64,000 nt of DNA from Terriglobia bacterium (GCA_965223005.1 CBDCVK010000010.1:704001-768000), one strand, 5' to 3'. Positions 34,801 through 47,348 are shown, counted from the first letter of the stretch. Numbers and translations: made by a program. Notes: generated by a model not told the origin, from the letters alone.

Positions 34801-36146
34801 TGGAACAGCGAGGTGGCTGTTTCCAGAGTGGGCGGATCTCCCGGGCGCAGCTTCCGGTAGATCTCGATCAGAGCCTCCTGCGAAGTCTTGATGCTGTCCC
34901 GCCTCAGGGTCTGGCTGATGACCGGACCCACCTCGTCGCGTTCAGGGAACAAGACGCTGAACTCCGAAATCTTGGCATCTTGCAGAATGGAGAGCAAATT
35001 GGAAGTCAGCTCGCTGTTGGCTTCCGCCAGGACTTCGCCCGACTCCTGGTTCACGACGTCGGCCACCGTGAACGCCCCTTCCAGATCGTGGAGGGAAATC
35101 TCCACCTGCTGCACTCGGCCCTTCTGCAGTTCCTTGAGTACCTGCGGCGTGATTTTCTTGCCAGCGTGCATCAGGACTTCCCCGCTGCGGGGCTGCAGGA
35201 CCTGATGAGAAAGCTTCATACCCAACAGACCTTCCGAAACCTGCCAGTATAGCTTCTTGTCCTCGAGCCGGATCCGCTCCACCTGGTAGAAGCAGCGCAG
35301 GATCTCCTCGTCGTTCTTCAGGCCCAGGGCGCGCAGGAAGATCGTTCCCAGGAACTTACGCTTGCGGTCAATGCGTACGTAGAGCAGGTTCTTGGCGTCG
35401 TATTCAAATTCCACCCATGAGCCCCGGTAAGGAATAATCTTGCCCAGAAAGTAGGTGCGTTGGTTGGCAACATCAAAAAAGACTCCGGGAGAGCGGTGCA
35501 GCTGGTTGACGATGACGCGCTCGGTTCCGGTGATGATGAAGGTCCCGTTTTCGGTCATCAGCGGGACCTCGCCGAAAAACACTTCCTGCTCTTTGATGTC
35601 GCGGATGCTCTTCGCGCCGGTATCAGGGGCCTTTTCATAAATGGTGAGCCGGATGGTGACCTTGAGCGGTGCCGAGTAAGTCATGCCCCGTTCCTGGCAT
35701 TCGGCCACGTCGTATTTCAACTGCAACCCGACCGGATCCCCGCACTTGTTGCAGAAGGCGACCACGTTGGTGTTGAAGGTGCCACAGCGAGAGCACAGCA
35801 CTTCTTGCCCAATGGCAAACGGATTGGTGATGATGGTGGCCGCGCAGTTCTGGCAGGTGGAGCGCAGGTGGTGAAGGCCCTTGAGGTTGCCGCACTTGCA
35901 CTCCCAGTTGCCGATCGAGTATTCCACGAACTCCAGCGACGAGATGCCGCGGAAATCGGTGATGGGAAAGACGGAATTGAACACCGACTGCAACCCGAGG
36001 TCCTCCCGCTCGCTGGGAAGTCGGTCCATCTGCAGGAAGCGGTCGTAGGACTTCTTCTGGACCTCGATCAGGTTCGGGATGGGAACCGTGGTGCCGATCT
36101 TGGAAAACTCAATCCGCTCGTGCGGGCCGTGCAAGCTAGTTTGCAT
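31848..36146 (-). CDS. rpoB: RNA polymerase beta subunit with N-terminal Cys-rich insertion
   Basis: [51 protein letters not shown]. Confidence 0.99.
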   Translation of the reverse strand: MQTSLHGPHERIEFSKIGTTVPIPNLIEVQKKSYDRFLQMDRLPSEREDLGLQSVFNSVFPITDFRGISSLEFVEYSIGNWECKCGNLKGLHHLRSTCQNCAATIITNPFAIGQEVLCSRCGTFNTNVVAFCNKCGDPVGLQLKYDVAECQERGMTYSAPLKVTIRLTIYEKAPDTGAKSIRDIKEQEVFFGEVPLMTENGTFIITGTERVIVNQLHRSPGVFFDVANQRTYFLGKIIPYRGSWVEFEYDAKNLLYVRIDRKRKFLGTIFLRALGLKNDEEILRCFYQVERIRLEDKKLYWQVSEGLLGMKLSHQVLQPRSGEVLMHAGKKITPQVLKELQKGRVQQVEISLHDLEGAFTVADVVNQESGEVLAEANSELTSNLLSILQDAKISEFSVLFPERDEVGPVISQTLRRDSIKTSQEALIEIYRKLRPGDPPTLETATSLFQGMFFDPRKYDFSRVGRLKLNIKLGADSSLDNRTLEQEDFFATIRYQLKLRRNIGSVDDIDHLGNRRVRAVGELLENQFRIGLVRMERAIKEKMSVYQEISTAMPHDLVNAKPVMAAIREFFGSSQLSQFMDQTNPLSEITHKRRLSALGPGGLSRERAGFEVRDVHPTHYGRICPIETPEGPNIGLISSLSCYAQINEFGFIESPYRKVEKGRAVDYVTIINGGDTGLKVAEHVEKRRLEESNRETKARHKRVAEYEPYCFYLSAWEEDKYVIAQANVELDENGRIVPELVNARQAGNFVLKSRDEIDFIDISPKQLVSVAASLVPFLENDDANRALMGSNMQRQAVPLLRADAPLVGTGMEYVTARDSGAVVLCRRDGTVETVDSERIIVRAEGEGEPGTMSAAIHADVYRLTKFRRSNQNTCINQKPVVRRGERVGRGQVLADGPCTHRGELALGRNILVAFMPWRGYNFEDAIVVSERLVKEDSFTSIHIEEYEIEARDTKLGPEDITRDIPNIAETFLRDLDESGIIRTGATIRPGDIFVGKVTPKGETQLTPEEKLLRAIFGEKAGDVRDASLYCPPGIEGIVVDVKIFSRKGQEKDERAKAIEAAEVTLLEKNLADQIKILTDERRNRLMALLGAKRLLADLHDERTNKRLLSKGTVLTPDLIAHIKSRDLKRMKFADRDPRLNEEVDEIEEMTSRQIDVLQKITKEKEEKLKKGDELPPGVIKLVKVYIAMKRKLSVGDKMAGRHGNKGVIARIVPEEDMPHLPDGKPVEIVLNPLGVPSRMNVGQILETHLGWAGQVLGLHFASPVFDGATETEIKKMLKQANLPLSGKTVLYDGMNGEPFEQPVTVGYIYMFKLSHLVDDKIHARSIGPYSLITQQPLGGKAQFGGQRFGEMEVWALEAYGAAHILQELLTAKSDDVYGRAKIYEAIVKGEAAMEPGVPESFNVLIRELQSLCLDVELMKRKKELLDTAAAAAD

Positions 36147-36391
36147 AGTTCAAATCTCCTCCGCCGCCGAAGCTGGGGCGCCACCACGACCGGAACCGGG
36201 CAAGGGAAGGGAACACTCCTCCCCCGGATATGCTCGTCGCGCAAATGGGAAATACGCCACAGCAAATTGCCAGCCAACTACCAGTCAACTATTAGTCGAA
36301 CCCTGTCGCCTCTGCAGCGCCGGGCACCTCCCAGCGCTGCGGTCACACAGTCGACCGCAACCGTGGACGAAACCTTTTACTTGACCTCAGC

Positions 36392-36793
36392 TTACTTGAC
36401 TTCAACAGTGGCCCCAGCTTCGGTGAACTTCTTCTTCAGGCCCTCAGCCTCTTCTTTCGTAACCTCTTCCTTGATGGGCTTGGGAGCATTGTCCACCAGG
36501 TCCTTGGCTTCCTTCAGACCCAGGCTGGTGACTTCGCGCACCGCTTTAATGACGCCGATCTTGTTGGCTCCCACCGCGGTCAGGATGACGTTGAACTCGG
36601 TCTGCTCTTCGACCGCAGGCGTCGCCGAGGGACCTCCCGGGCCGACCCCGGGTACTACAACCTGAGCGGCGGCGGCCGAGACGCCAAACGTCTCTTCCAA
36701 ATGCTTCACCAACTGCGAGGCCTCCAGCAAGGAAAGGGCTTTGACCTGTTCTACGATGTTGTCAATCTTCTCGTTTTCAATCTTCTCCGGCAT
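36392..36793 (-). CDS. rplL: 50S ribosomal protein L7/L12
   Basis: [41 protein letters not shown]. Confidence 0.98.
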   Translation of the reverse strand: MPEKIENEKIDNIVEQVKALSLLEASQLVKHLEETFGVSAAAAQVVVPGVGPGGPSATPAVEEQTEFNVILTAVGANKIGVIKAVREVTSLGLKEAKDLVDNAPKPIKEEVTKEEAEGLKKKFTEAGATVEVK

Positions 36794-36856
36794 CTCTTCT
36801 CCTCAAAAGGTGCATGGTCGCAAGTGCGACCAAATCACTGCGTTGGAACTGCCTAG

Positions 36857-37384
36857 TTATTCGGCAAACTTGTTGGCCTCGACAGCCTGATTAACCACCG
36901 ACGCCAGACTGCGGGCGACCGCTGTGACTGCAGACGCCACTCCCCGGGCCGGTGCGTTCAACATGTAGAGCACTCGTAGGATTAGCTCTTCCCTGCCCGG
37001 AAGAGCGGCCAGCTCGGCAATTTCCTGAATCGAGATCGCACGGCCCTCTACCACACCGGCCTTGAAGACGAATGAGGGATTCGCTTTGGCGTAGGCGACC
37101 AGGATTTTGGCCAGCGCCACCGGATCCTTCTCGGTGTATGCCACAGCGGTGGGGCCCACCAGGTTCTTCAGAGCGCTTTCGGCAGAAGTCCCGCGCGCCG
37201 CCAGCTCGGCCACTGTGTTCTTGACCACCCGGTATCTGCCCCCCGCCGTGCGCACCTGCTTGCGCAATTCGTACTCCTGAGCAACGGTGATCTTGGAAAA
37301 CTCAGAGACCAGGACGTTGGGCACGTGTTCCAGATCCGCCCTCAGCCCTTCCACTTCCTTCCGTTTCTGCTCGCGGTTCTTCAT
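36857..37384 (-). CDS. rplJ: 50S ribosomal protein L10
   Basis: YRVVKNTV, LVGPTAVA, FKAGVVEG, LAALPGREEL; synteny. Confidence 0.97.
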   Translation of the reverse strand: MKNREQKRKEVEGLRADLEHVPNVLVSEFSKITVAQEYELRKQVRTAGGRYRVVKNTVAELAARGTSAESALKNLVGPTAVAYTEKDPVALAKILVAYAKANPSFVFKAGVVEGRAISIQEIAELAALPGREELILRVLYMLNAPARGVASAVTAVARSLASVVNQAVEANKFAE

Positions 37385-37498
37385 TGTTGAGGCTGCTCGA
37401 TCAACTCCGACTCTTCAGGGCCACTCGCCCCACCTTCATCCACGACCGGTCTTCTGCAAGGCCTCTGGAAACCCACCGGGTTGCGAGACCGCGCAGCG

Positions 37499-38203
37499 CT
37501 AAGGCCCAGCTTCCAGTACCGCTACGTCAAGCGAAATCCCAGGAGTCATCGTCGCCGACAGGGTGACGCTGCGCACGTACTTACCTTTGGCCGCAGCCGG
37601 CTTGGCTTTGATGACGCTGCTAATCAGGGTGCCAGCATTTTCTACCAGTTTGTCTGTCTCGAACGAGATCTTGCCGACCGGCGCGTGGATGACACCGGTT
37701 TTGTCGGTGCGGAATTCCACCTTGCCGGCCTTGATCTCACGAACGGCGCGCGCCACCTCGAAGGTCACCGTGCCGGTCTTCGGGTTGGGCATCAGGCCGC
37801 GGGGTCCGAGCAGCTTGCCCAGCTTGCCGACCGACTTCATCATGTCCGGGGTGGCGACGACCGCCTCAAACCCTAGCCAGCCTTGCTGGATCTTGGTGAC
37901 CACATCATCGCCCCCCACCCAGTCGGCGCCGGCTTCCTCAGCTTCGCGTACTTTCTCGCCGGAGGCGATCGCCAGCACGCGCTTGGACTTTCCCAGCCCG
38001 TGCGGCAATACCACCGTTCCCCGCACCATCTGGTCGGCGTGCTTGGGATCGACTCCCAGCCGCAACGCCACCTCCACGGTTTCGTCGAACTTGGCGTACC
38101 GGATCTTCTTCAGCAACGGAACAGCTTCTTCCAGCTTGTACGTTCGAGCTTCCACCTGCTGGCGGGCCTTCACGTAGTTCTTGCCTTGGCGATGGTTGGG
38201 CAT
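37499..38203 (-). CDS. rplA: 50S ribosomal protein L1
   Basis: [39 protein letters not shown]. Confidence 0.99.
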   Translation of the reverse strand: MPNHRQGKNYVKARQQVEARTYKLEEAVPLLKKIRYAKFDETVEVALRLGVDPKHADQMVRGTVVLPHGLGKSKRVLAIASGEKVREAEEAGADWVGGDDVVTKIQQGWLGFEAVVATPDMMKSVGKLGKLLGPRGLMPNPKTGTVTFEVARAVREIKAGKVEFRTDKTGVIHAPVGKISFETDKLVENAGTLISSVIKAKPAAAKGKYVRSVTLSATMTPGISLDVAVLEAGP

Positions 38204-38223
38204 AAGCGATTCTTTACTCAGCG

Positions 38224-38670
38224 CTACTCGATCTCGATGCCCATGCTGCGCGCGGTCCCTTTGACGCTGCGAATGGCTGCTTCCAACGAAGCCGCGTTCA
38301 GGTCCGGGAGCTTAGCGCGCGCAATCTCCTCTACGTCCTTCTCCGTCACCTGGCCCACCTTGTTCCGGTTGGGTTCGCCGGAGCCCTTGGCGATTCCGGC
38401 TGCGCGCTTCAACAACACCGAGGCCGGCGGCGTTTTGGTCACAAACGTGTACGAGCGGTCCCCGTACACCGTCATGACCACGGGGATGATCAGACCCTCC
38501 ATCTCCTTGGCCGAAGTCTTGGCGTTGAACGCCTTGCAGAAATCCATAATGTTGACCCCGTGCTGGCCCAGGGCCGGCCCCACCGGCGGGGCCGGCGTCG
38601 CTTTGCCGGCCGGAATCAGGACTTTTATTCGCGCCGCAACCCTCTTACCTCTGGGTGTCGCCACTGCCAT
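38224..38670 (-). CDS. rplK: 50S ribosomal protein L11
   Basis: [37 protein letters not shown]. Confidence 0.99.
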   Translation of the reverse strand: MAVATPRGKRVAARIKVLIPAGKATPAPPVGPALGQHGVNIMDFCKAFNAKTSAKEMEGLIIPVVMTVYGDRSYTFVTKTPPASVLLKRAAGIAKGSGEPNRNKVGQVTEKDVEEIARAKLPDLNAASLEAAIRSVKGTARSMGIEIE

Positions 38671-38691
38671 GTCTCACCACCAGTCCCGCTT

Positions 38692-39306
38692 CTATAGTTT
38701 CTCCACGTGCAAGAATTCCAGCTCGACGGGCGTCGCGCGGCCAAAGATGGTGACCAGCACCCGCACCGTGTTGCGGTCCGCGTTGATCTCATCCACCACC
38801 CCGGTGAAGTTGGAAAACGGCCCCTCCGTGATCCTCACCGTTTCGTTCTTCTCAAAGCTAAGTTTCGGCTGCGGCTTCTCAGCCGAGATAGCGGCCCGGT
38901 TCAGAATCTGGTCCACTTCCTCCGGGGACAGCGGAGTCGGCGTCTGGCCCGTGCCGACAAACCCGGTCACCCGGGGGGTCGCCTTCACCAGGTGCCAGAG
39001 GTCGTCGCTCATTTCCATTTCCACCAGCACGTAGCCCGGGTAAAACAAGCGCTGCGTCTGCACCGTTTTTCCCGCGCGGCGCTCGGCCACTGTTTCCATC
39101 GGAATCTCGATCCGCCCGATCTGCTCATCCAACCCGAAGGCCTGCACGCGACTGCGCAGGCTCTCGGCCACCTTGCGCTCAAAGCCCGAGTAGCTGTGGA
39201 TGATGAACCACTGCTTGTTGCCGGTCGGCACAGCCGAGACCGGCTGGCGCGCCTGCTCCTCTTGCGGTTCCTGCGACTGTACCTGCTCTTGCTCTGGCTC
39301 GCCCAC
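38692..39306 (-). CDS. nusG: Transcription factor NusG
   Basis: [52 protein letters not shown]. Confidence 0.98.
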   Translation of the reverse strand: MGEPEQEQVQSQEPQEEQARQPVSAVPTGNKQWFIIHSYSGFERKVAESLRSRVQAFGLDEQIGRIEIPMETVAERRAGKTVQTQRLFYPGYVLVEMEMSDDLWHLVKATPRVTGFVGTGQTPTPLSPEEVDQILNRAAISAEKPQPKLSFEKNETVRITEGPFSNFTGVVDEINADRNTVRVLVTIFGRATPVELEFLHVEKL

Positions 39307-39308
39307 GT

Positions 39309-39599
39309 CTACCCTTGGAACCTCTGGAATACCTGCCTAATCAAGCGATCAAAAACAATGTCAGCCAAAAACAGATAAAAGCCGAAGAAAAACACGGTCA
39401 CGATCACCACAATGGTGGTGGCCTGCACCTGCTTGCGCTCCGGCCAGGTGACTCGTTTCAACTCCAGGCGCGTGTCATGGATGAAACTCGAAATCCGACC
39501 AGGCCAGGACTGCACGGTGTCCAAGACGCCCATAATGCCTCCCTCGTGGCGGACTTCCCGGACGACCCCGGTCCCCGTACGCATCTTGGTTTGCTTCAT
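39309..39599 (-). CDS. secE: Preprotein translocase SecE (alternative start 39533)
   Basis: ELKRVTWP followed by one TM helix; lies between tRNA-Trp and nusG. Confidence 0.95.
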   Translation of the reverse strand: MKQTKMRTGTGVVREVRHEGGIMGVLDTVQSWPGRISSFIHDTRLELKRVTWPERKQVQATTIVVIVTVFFFGFYLFLADIVFDRLIRQVFQRFQG

Positions 39600-39663
39600 C
39601 TGCCTTCCGCGTCAGCGCGCCCGAAACCGACGCTGGTGGATTACATCAAGCCCCCTGCAAAAC

Positions 39664-39738
39664 TGGCAGGGGCGGAGGGATTCGAACCCCCACAACCGGT
39701 TTTGGAGACCGGCGGTCTACCGTTGAACCTACGCCCCT
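39664..39738 (-). tRNA. tRNA-Trp(CCA)
   Basis: AGGGGCG acceptor stem, CTCCAAA anticodon loop, GTTCGAATC T-loop, encoded CCA end. Confidence 0.97.
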
Positions 39739-39795
39739 GTTTCCATCGCGGATCTATTCGCGCGCTTCCTCGATCTGCAATCCGAAACCCGAAAC

Positions 39796-39948
39796 CTATT
39801 TGACTTCCCTGTGCGCCGTGTGGTGCCGGCACGTGCGACAGAACTTCTTGAACTGCAACCGATCAGGGGTCTTCTTCTTATTCTTGGTTGTCGTGTAGTT
39901 GCGATTCTTGCAATCCATGCACTGCAAGGTGACAATGTCGCGCGGCAT
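39796..39948 (-). CDS. rpmG: 50S ribosomal protein L33 (Zn-binding type), missed by the ORF track
   Basis: [50 protein letters not shown]; AAGGAG RBS. Confidence 0.97.
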   Translation of the reverse strand: MPRDIVTLQCMDCKNRNYTTTKNKKKTPDRLQFKKFCRTCRHHTAHREVK

Positions 39949-39957
39949 GGCAGCTCC

Positions 39958-41145
<1,188 letters not shown>

Positions 41146-41243
41146 CGTCGCCTCGACTCCTCGTTCCTAGGACTTGCCGCCTGGAACAATAAAGTTTCAG
41201 GGGTTAACCCTGCGCCCGAACCGCAGAAAGAACCGCATCAAAA

Positions 41244-41288
41244 AACTTGCACTCCGCGAACTCGCACTCCACGAACTTGCACACCACC
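41244..41288. repeat. Three imperfect 15-nt tandem repeats between tRNA-Tyr and tuf
   Basis: aacttgcactccgcg / aactcgcactccacg / aacttgcacaccacc. Confidence 0.7.
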
Positions 41289-41364
41289 AGTAGGTTTGCC
41301 TCGGCACTGCACCGACATCGGTAGCAGCCACAAAGGAATCAGCTTGGCACCTGAGTCAGCAAGC

Positions 41365-41453
41365 TGGTGGACAGGGGAGGATTCGAACCTCCGTAGCCCG
41401 CAAGGGGCGGCAGATTTACAGCCTGCTGCCTTTAACCACTCGGCCACCTGTCC
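41365..41453 (-). tRNA. tRNA-Tyr(GTA)
   Basis: GGACAGG stem, CTGTAAA loop, long variable arm, CCA end. Confidence 0.97.
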
Positions 41454-41497
41454 GTGTACTAAGATTGCTGTCGTGGTTCGCCCCTCTCGTTAGAACC

Positions 41498-41573
<76 letters not shown>

Positions 41574-41605
41574 CGACCCCACCTTCCGGCACAAACGGGA
41601 ATCGT

Positions 41606-41680
41606 TGGAGCGGGAGACGGGGATCGAACCCGCGACCAACAGCTTGGAAGGCTGTGACTCTACCACTGAGTTACTCCCGC
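41606..41680 (-). tRNA. tRNA-Gly(TCC)
   Basis: GCGGGAG stem, CTTCCAA loop, CCA end. Confidence 0.97.
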
Positions 41681-41792
41681 CCAGCTACCCCTCTTTGCTC
41701 TCTCCGCTCAATGCTCCCACAGCCAATCGACAGCCCTGCCTCCGCCGAGCAACAAGCCTGCTGCGGTCTGCTGGCCTCCACGGCCTGGCGCA

Positions 41793-41868
41793 TGGAGCTG
41801 GCGAAGGGATTCGAACCCCCGACCCTCTGATTACAAATCAGATGCTCTACCAACTGAGCTACGCCAGC
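41793..41868 (-). tRNA. tRNA-Thr(TGT)
   Basis: GCTGGCG stem, TTTGTAA loop, CCA end. Confidence 0.97.
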
Positions 41869-42062
41869 CCGTGGAAACTCGATACGTTACCAAAACGGCT
41901 TTCCATTGCCGCAGCCACACTTCTGTGGCGCCCGGATTGCTTACCTTTGTGCTGGAAGCCGTAGGCCCCCTTTGGCACGAAACCCTCCCAGGCGGGGTAG
42001 CCTGGTCCATCGGGTTCAGGTAGAATTCTACCGCAAGATTCCGGAAAGAGGGAAGCTTTTTT

Positions 42063-43109
42063 TTGCCGCTGCCCCGCAGAGCGTTGGTGGGCCTGTTGCC
42101 CGCAGCCATTGTCGTAGCCGGTGCCGCAGCCGCGGCCCTGGTCTGGTGGTACATAGAGGCGGGTAGCCAGAAAGCCTTGAGTTCCTTCCGCTATCTTCCA
42201 CCGGGTTCGACAATCGCCATCAACCTGGACCTAGCCGGGCTCCGGAACAACCCGTTGGTCCGCCGGCTGCTTGAGGGCCAAGAGCCGCCACAACTGGAAC
42301 GGGAATACTCGGAATTCGTGCGAGCTACCGGGTTTGACTTCGAGCGTGATCTGGACTCGGTCTCGCTAGGAATTTCCGGCCCAGAGGGGGCGCGCGTAGT
42401 TCATGCCATCCTGCAGGGCCGCTTCAACCGGCAAAAGGTGGAGCACTACAGCCGCAAACGCCGGCAGAGCACCATCGCCCACCTGGGGCACAGCATAAAC
42501 TTGTTCACTGGCCCCTCGGGAAGAACATTTCGCTTGGCCTTCCTGGCTCCGGGACGACTTGCTTTTTCCAATGCCCCCGACCAGTGGCCCATTAGGAAGA
42601 TGGTCGAGCTGGCCGAACGGAAGGCGCCAGACCTGGAAGATCGCCTTCAAGAACTCCGGGTGCTGGACCACCTGCCGGCGGGAACCCAGGTGTGGGTGGC
42701 CGCGGATTTGAAACGGTTCGGGCAGTGGAGGATGCCCGTCGGAGTTGGCTCCCCCGGGACCAGTCTAGGCATCGAGTTGCTTCGTGGCAGCCGGATGGGC
42801 TTGCTGGCTGTGCGCGTTGGAGAGCAACAGGTGAATTTCCATATGGTGGCCGAATGTGATTCCGGCGAGTGCGCACAGGAGGTGGCCAGGTCCCTTTTGG
42901 GTCTGCGGAGCCTGCTGGTGGCGCTCGCTGGACGCGAAGATGAAAGTGGGCGGGGAGCGGAACTAGCAAGCGCCCTTGAGCGCATCTCCATTGCGGTGGA
43001 GAAAAATGCGGCCGTGGTGCGCTGGGACTTGGAGGCGGAATCGCTGGAGCGGCTGCTGCGGGAGTCGGGTTCGCCGCGGCCGGCCTCCCATGCCGTTCCT
43101 GCAAGATAG
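42063..43109 (+). CDS. Hypothetical N-terminally anchored periplasmic protein
   Basis: N-terminal TM segment; 348-aa ORF with FVRATGFDFERDLD segment; no recognisable catalytic motif. Confidence 0.75.
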   Translation: MPLPRRALVGLLPAAIVVAGAAAAALVWWYIEAGSQKALSSFRYLPPGSTIAINLDLAGLRNNPLVRRLLEGQEPPQLEREYSEFVRATGFDFERDLDSVSLGISGPEGARVVHAILQGRFNRQKVEHYSRKRRQSTIAHLGHSINLFTGPSGRTFRLAFLAPGRLAFSNAPDQWPIRKMVELAERKAPDLEDRLQELRVLDHLPAGTQVWVAADLKRFGQWRMPVGVGSPGTSLGIELLRGSRMGLLAVRVGEQQVNFHMVAECDSGECAQEVARSLLGLRSLLVALAGREDESGRGAELASALERISIAVEKNAAVVRWDLEAESLERLLRESGSPRPASHAVPAR

Positions 43110-43192
43110 ACCTACGGGGAGGTCACCTTCGAAGGAGGATTCCAGGGGAGTTGGCGCTGCTGGTCGAACGGTCAGAAAAGCTGGGACCGAGT

Positions 43193-44041
43193 CTAGTCCC
43201 CAAGGAACCGCGTGGGATTCACCGGAGTATCCTGAATCCGCACTTCGTAATGGAGGTGGGGGCCGGTGGAACGACCGCTACGTCCCACAAAGCCAATGGT
43301 ATCGCCCGCTAGCACCACCTGTCCCGAGGCGACATTGAACCCCGCCAAGTGCGCATACATAGTGCGTACGCCGCGGCCGTGAGCTAGCATGACTGCCCTG
43401 CCGTACCCAGATTCCCAAGAGGTCTTCAGTACGACACCGTCGGCGGCGGCCTGGACCGGCGCCCCATAAGAGGTGGCTATGTCTACCCCGGCGTGGAACG
43501 ACCCTTCTCCATTGAAGGGATCCAACCGATCCCCGAAGCTTCCCGTTAGCCTGCCCTTCAAAGGCCAGTCCAGCGGCAAGCCGGTAGTCACGGTGCGCCC
43601 TTGTAAAAACTCATGTCGGTAGGGGAGTACAAAGTAGGAGGCACGTAACAGGAACTGGTAGTGCTTTGCCGTCGCTCCAAAAGTCTTCTCTGCCTCAGCG
43701 GCACCCGGTAGACTTCCATTGCCCGCTCGCCGGATGCCATAGGCAACCGAGACTTCGCCGGCAAGGTCTTGGAGGGAGGTTAGCTGAACTTGAGTCTGGT
43801 CCATCTTGGCCTGGAGGTTGTTGAATTTCTGTCTAAGCGCCTCCATCTCCATACGCATGTGGTTGTAGCTGACCACCTTCAGCAGCATTCGTGTGTAAGA
43901 GCCGACGGCAGCCAGCACGGTGAACAGGCCGACCAGCGCAAGCAGGCCGCAGAAGTACGCGAAGTAATGTGGGATATGGATGCGCCGGATCCGACCACGA
44001 ATGCTGTGCGCTACTACAAAGATATAATAAGTATTTCGCAA
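43193..44041 (-). CDS. M23 family metallopeptidase
   Basis: TM plus coiled coil; HAGVD (HxxxD), YAHL, GRSTGPHLHYEV (HxH); TTG start with AGGAG RBS. Confidence 0.94.
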   Translation of the reverse strand: MRNTYYIFVVAHSIRGRIRRIHIPHYFAYFCGLLALVGLFTVLAAVGSYTRMLLKVVSYNHMRMEMEALRQKFNNLQAKMDQTQVQLTSLQDLAGEVSVAYGIRRAGNGSLPGAAEAEKTFGATAKHYQFLLRASYFVLPYRHEFLQGRTVTTGLPLDWPLKGRLTGSFGDRLDPFNGEGSFHAGVDIATSYGAPVQAAADGVVLKTSWESGYGRAVMLAHGRGVRTMYAHLAGFNVASGQVVLAGDTIGFVGRSGRSTGPHLHYEVRIQDTPVNPTRFLGD

Positions 44042-44211
44042 ATCAGCGCTCCTGGGGGAAGTCGCGCAGATGCTCCTTAATAGCGCACGTGCTCTCGAAC
44101 CCAGGCCTTCTTCCGCTAAAAGTGGCGCCAATCTAGCAAAGCGCCCAGAAGTGTGTCAACACGGAATTTTCACAACGGGACGTGTGGCCGCCAATTAAGT
44201 TGGCAGTTCAG

Positions 44212-45138
44212 ATGCGGACTGAGCAACAAATCATTGCCCTTCTGCGACGCCTCAGAACCGGGAGCCCCGCAGTGGGAAATACCATCGTGGGTATTGGTGA
44301 CGATGCCGCCGTGTTGCGTCTTTCCCGCGACCGGGATCTGATTGTGACCACAGATCTGTTCGTCGAGGGAGTGCATTTCCAAAGCGATTGGCTATCGGCG
44401 TATGCAGCGGGTCGGCGGGCGCTAGGGCGTGCGCTCAGTGACATCTCGGCCATGGGTGGCCGACCTCATTGGGCTTTTCTCTCTTTGGGGCTGCCCCAAG
44501 AATTTGATTCGGCCTGGGCACGCAAGTTCCTGCGAGGGTTTGCCGCGGCGGCGCGCCAGTATCGGGTGCTTTTGGTCGGGGGAGATACCGGTTCCTCCGG
44601 CTCGCCAGTCTTCCTGGCAGACGCGATCCTCTGCGGAAGCGTGCCGCGAGGCACGGCGGTCTTGCGCTCCGGCGCACGGCCCGGCGATGTCCTGTTTGTT
44701 TCCGGGCGGCTGGGAGCCACAGCACGCGCGATCGACTCGGGGCTGCCGTTGCCACCCATCCGTCCACGCCTCTTGTTGGGCGAGTACCTTCGCCGCCGCC
44801 GCTTGGCTTCTGCCATGATTGACCTCAGCGATGGCCTCTCGACCGACCTGAGCCACTTGGCCAAGGAAAGCGGCACGGGAGCGGAAGTTGAGTTGATACG
44901 TCTGCCACGTTCCGGATCCGTAAAGCAGGCTCTCCACGGTGGTGAAGACTACGAGCTTCTGTTCTCTATGGCCCCCCACCGGGCGGCTAAGGTACCTCGC
45001 ACTTTGGCGGGCATTCCCCTGACCCATATCGGCCGCATTACTAAAACAACTGGAATCTCGCTTTTGCACCCAGACGGTCGCAGGGAAAAATTGTCACCGC
45101 AGGGTTGGGAGCACTTACGCCGGTCAAGCAGATCTTGA
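44212..45138 (+). CDS. thiL: Thiamine-monophosphate kinase
   Basis: GIGDDAA, TTDLFVEGVHF, LSDISAMGG, VGGDT, RSGARPGD, MIDLSDGL, GGEDYELLF. Confidence 0.95.
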   Translation: MRTEQQIIALLRRLRTGSPAVGNTIVGIGDDAAVLRLSRDRDLIVTTDLFVEGVHFQSDWLSAYAAGRRALGRALSDISAMGGRPHWAFLSLGLPQEFDSAWARKFLRGFAAAARQYRVLLVGGDTGSSGSPVFLADAILCGSVPRGTAVLRSGARPGDVLFVSGRLGATARAIDSGLPLPPIRPRLLLGEYLRRRRLASAMIDLSDGLSTDLSHLAKESGTGAEVELIRLPRSGSVKQALHGGEDYELLFSMAPHRAAKVPRTLAGIPLTHIGRITKTTGISLLHPDGRREKLSPQGWEHLRRSSRS

Positions 45139-45308
45139 GTGGGGGCGGCAAGGCACGTCTTGAGGGTGTTTCCAAACCGGGCTTGCCACTTCGGCCGGGG
45201 TTTGCTACCTCGGGAAAAAGTCGTATTGCGAGGACATATCTGACAGTGACTTTATACAAGTAACTAATATATATGTAAGTTATTGTAAAAAAATATTTAA
45301 TCAAGCAC

Positions 45309-45337
45309 TTGACAGTGGTTTACGCATATATTATACT
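45309..45337 (+). promoter_or_regulatory. sigma70 promoter of the dnaK operon (TTGACA-N17-TATACT)
   Basis: Near-perfect consensus, preceded by an AT-rich tract (45251-45300). Confidence 0.85.
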
Positions 45338-45385
45338 GTGGCGTTGCTAAGTAGCCCAGCCCTTAGCTTGGCGGCCAGTACCACT

Positions 45386-45422
45386 GCTAGATTTGAAACA
45401 AGGCTAGGCTAGATTTGAAACA
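45386..45422 (+). repeat. Perfect 15-bp direct repeat (GCTAGATTTGAAACA x2, 22-bp period) in the dnaK leader
   Basis: Copies at 45386-45400 and 45408-45422, ending just before the AGGAG RBS. Confidence 0.85.
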
Positions 45423-45434
45423 CAGGAGAAACCA

Positions 45435-47348
45435 ATGAGCAAGATCATCGGAATTGACTTGGGTACGACCAACTCGGCAGTGGCGGTTACAGAAGGTGGC
45501 GAGCCAGCTGTGATCGCTAACCAGGAAGGGACCCGCACAACCCCTTCGGTGGTCGCCTTCGCCAAGACCGGAGAGCAGTTGGCGGGTCAAGTGGCTAAGC
45601 GGCAATCCATTACCAACCCGGAGAACACGGTCTATTCCATCAAGCGCTTCATGGGCCGCCGCCTCGAAGAGGTGACCGAAGAAATGAAGATGGTGCCTTA
45701 CAAGGTGGAGCAGAGCCCAAACGGCGCCGCCCGGGTTTCGGCCGGCGGCAAAGAATGGACCCCACCGGAAATCTCGGCCATGATCTTGCGCAAGCTGAAG
45801 GAGGCCGCCGAGGCTCATCTGGGCACCAAGGTGACCGACGCCGTCATCACCGTTCCCGCCTATTTCAACGACTCGCAACGTCAGGCCACCAAAGATGCGG
45901 GGCAGATCGCGGGCCTCGACGTGAAGCGCATCATCAACGAGCCGACGGCGGCCGCCTTGGCCTACGGGCTGGATAAAAAGCAAGACCAGATCATCGCCGT
46001 CTACGACTTCGGTGGTGGCACCTTCGACATCTCCATCCTGGAGGTGGGCGAAGGTGTGGTGGAAGTGAAGTCCACCAACGGCGACACGCACCTGGGCGGC
46101 GACAACATTGACCAGGTGGTCATTGATTGGATCGTCGACGAGTTCCGCCGGGACCAGGGAATTGACCTTTCCAAGGACAAGATGGCTCTGCAGCGGCTGA
46201 AGGAAGCAGCCGAGAAGGCCAAGGTCGAGCTGAGTTCGGTGCTGGAGACCGAGGTCAATCTGCCCTTCATCACTGCTGACGCCAGCGGGCCAAAGCACCT
46301 GGTGCTGAAACTGACCCGGGCTCGGCTGGAGCAGATGGTCGAGCCCCTGATCCAGCGCTCGATGGAGCCCTGCAAAACCGCGCTCGACGACGCCGGCTTG
46401 ACGCCCGACAAGATTGACCAAGTGGTGCTGGTGGGTGGCCAGACCCGCATGCCCCGCGTCCAGCAGCTGGTGAAGGAAGTTTTCGGACGAGAGCCGCACA
46501 AGGGGGTCAATCCCGACGAAGTCGTCGCAGTGGGAGCCGCCGTGCAGGGAGGCGTGCTGGGCGGCGAGGTCAAGGACGTGCTGTTGCTCGACGTGACTCC
46601 ACTGACCCTGGGCGTCGAGACGCTGGGTGGGGTCATGACCAAGATGATTGAGCGCAACACCACCATCCCCACCCGCAAGACCGAAATCTTCTCCACCGCC
46701 TCGGACAACCAGGGTTCGGTGGAAATCCGCGTCCACCAAGGCGAGCGAGCTATGTCCCGCGACAACCGCCTGCTGGGCGTATTCCAGCTAGTGGGAATTC
46801 CGGCAGCCCCGCGCGGCATTCCGCAAATCGAAGTGACCTTCGATATTGACGTCAACGGCATTCTCAACGTGCAGGCGAAAGACCTGGGTACGGGCAAGGA
46901 GCAGAAGATCACCATCACCTCCTCGAGCGGCTTGAGTAAAGAGGAAGTCGCGAAGATGGCGCGCGAAGCCGAAGCGCACACCGCAGAGGACGCCCAGCAC
47001 CGTGAGGAGGTCGAAGCCCGCAACCGCGCTGACGCGCTCGTCTATTCCACTGAGAAGGTGATGAACGAGAACCGCGACAAGATCAGCGAAGCCGACGCCC
47101 GCAACATTGAGGCCGCGCTGGCTGAGACCAAGAAAGTGATGCAATCCGGCAGCGTGGACGAAATCCATCGGGCTGTGGACGGGCTGACAACCGCTACTCA
47201 CAAGCTAGCGGAAGCTTTGTACGTGCAGCAAACACCAACCGAGACCGCGCCCGGCGGCTCCGAGGAAAAGACCGAGGGCCAAGACAAGAAAAAGGACGGT
47301 GAAGTCATTGACGCCGAGTTTGTCGATGTAGACGATGAGAAAAAATAA
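45435..47348 (+). CDS. dnaK: Chaperone DnaK
   Basis: [49 protein letters not shown]. Confidence 0.99.
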   Translation: MSKIIGIDLGTTNSAVAVTEGGEPAVIANQEGTRTTPSVVAFAKTGEQLAGQVAKRQSITNPENTVYSIKRFMGRRLEEVTEEMKMVPYKVEQSPNGAARVSAGGKEWTPPEISAMILRKLKEAAEAHLGTKVTDAVITVPAYFNDSQRQATKDAGQIAGLDVKRIINEPTAAALAYGLDKKQDQIIAVYDFGGGTFDISILEVGEGVVEVKSTNGDTHLGGDNIDQVVIDWIVDEFRRDQGIDLSKDKMALQRLKEAAEKAKVELSSVLETEVNLPFITADASGPKHLVLKLTRARLEQMVEPLIQRSMEPCKTALDDAGLTPDKIDQVVLVGGQTRMPRVQQLVKEVFGREPHKGVNPDEVVAVGAAVQGGVLGGEVKDVLLLDVTPLTLGVETLGGVMTKMIERNTTIPTRKTEIFSTASDNQGSVEIRVHQGERAMSRDNRLLGVFQLVGIPAAPRGIPQIEVTFDIDVNGILNVQAKDLGTGKEQKITITSSSGLSKEEVAKMAREAEAHTAEDAQHREEVEARNRADALVYSTEKVMNENRDKISEADARNIEAALAETKKVMQSGSVDEIHRAVDGLTTATHKLAEALYVQQTPTETAPGGSEEKTEGQDKKKDGEVIDAEFVDVDDEKK

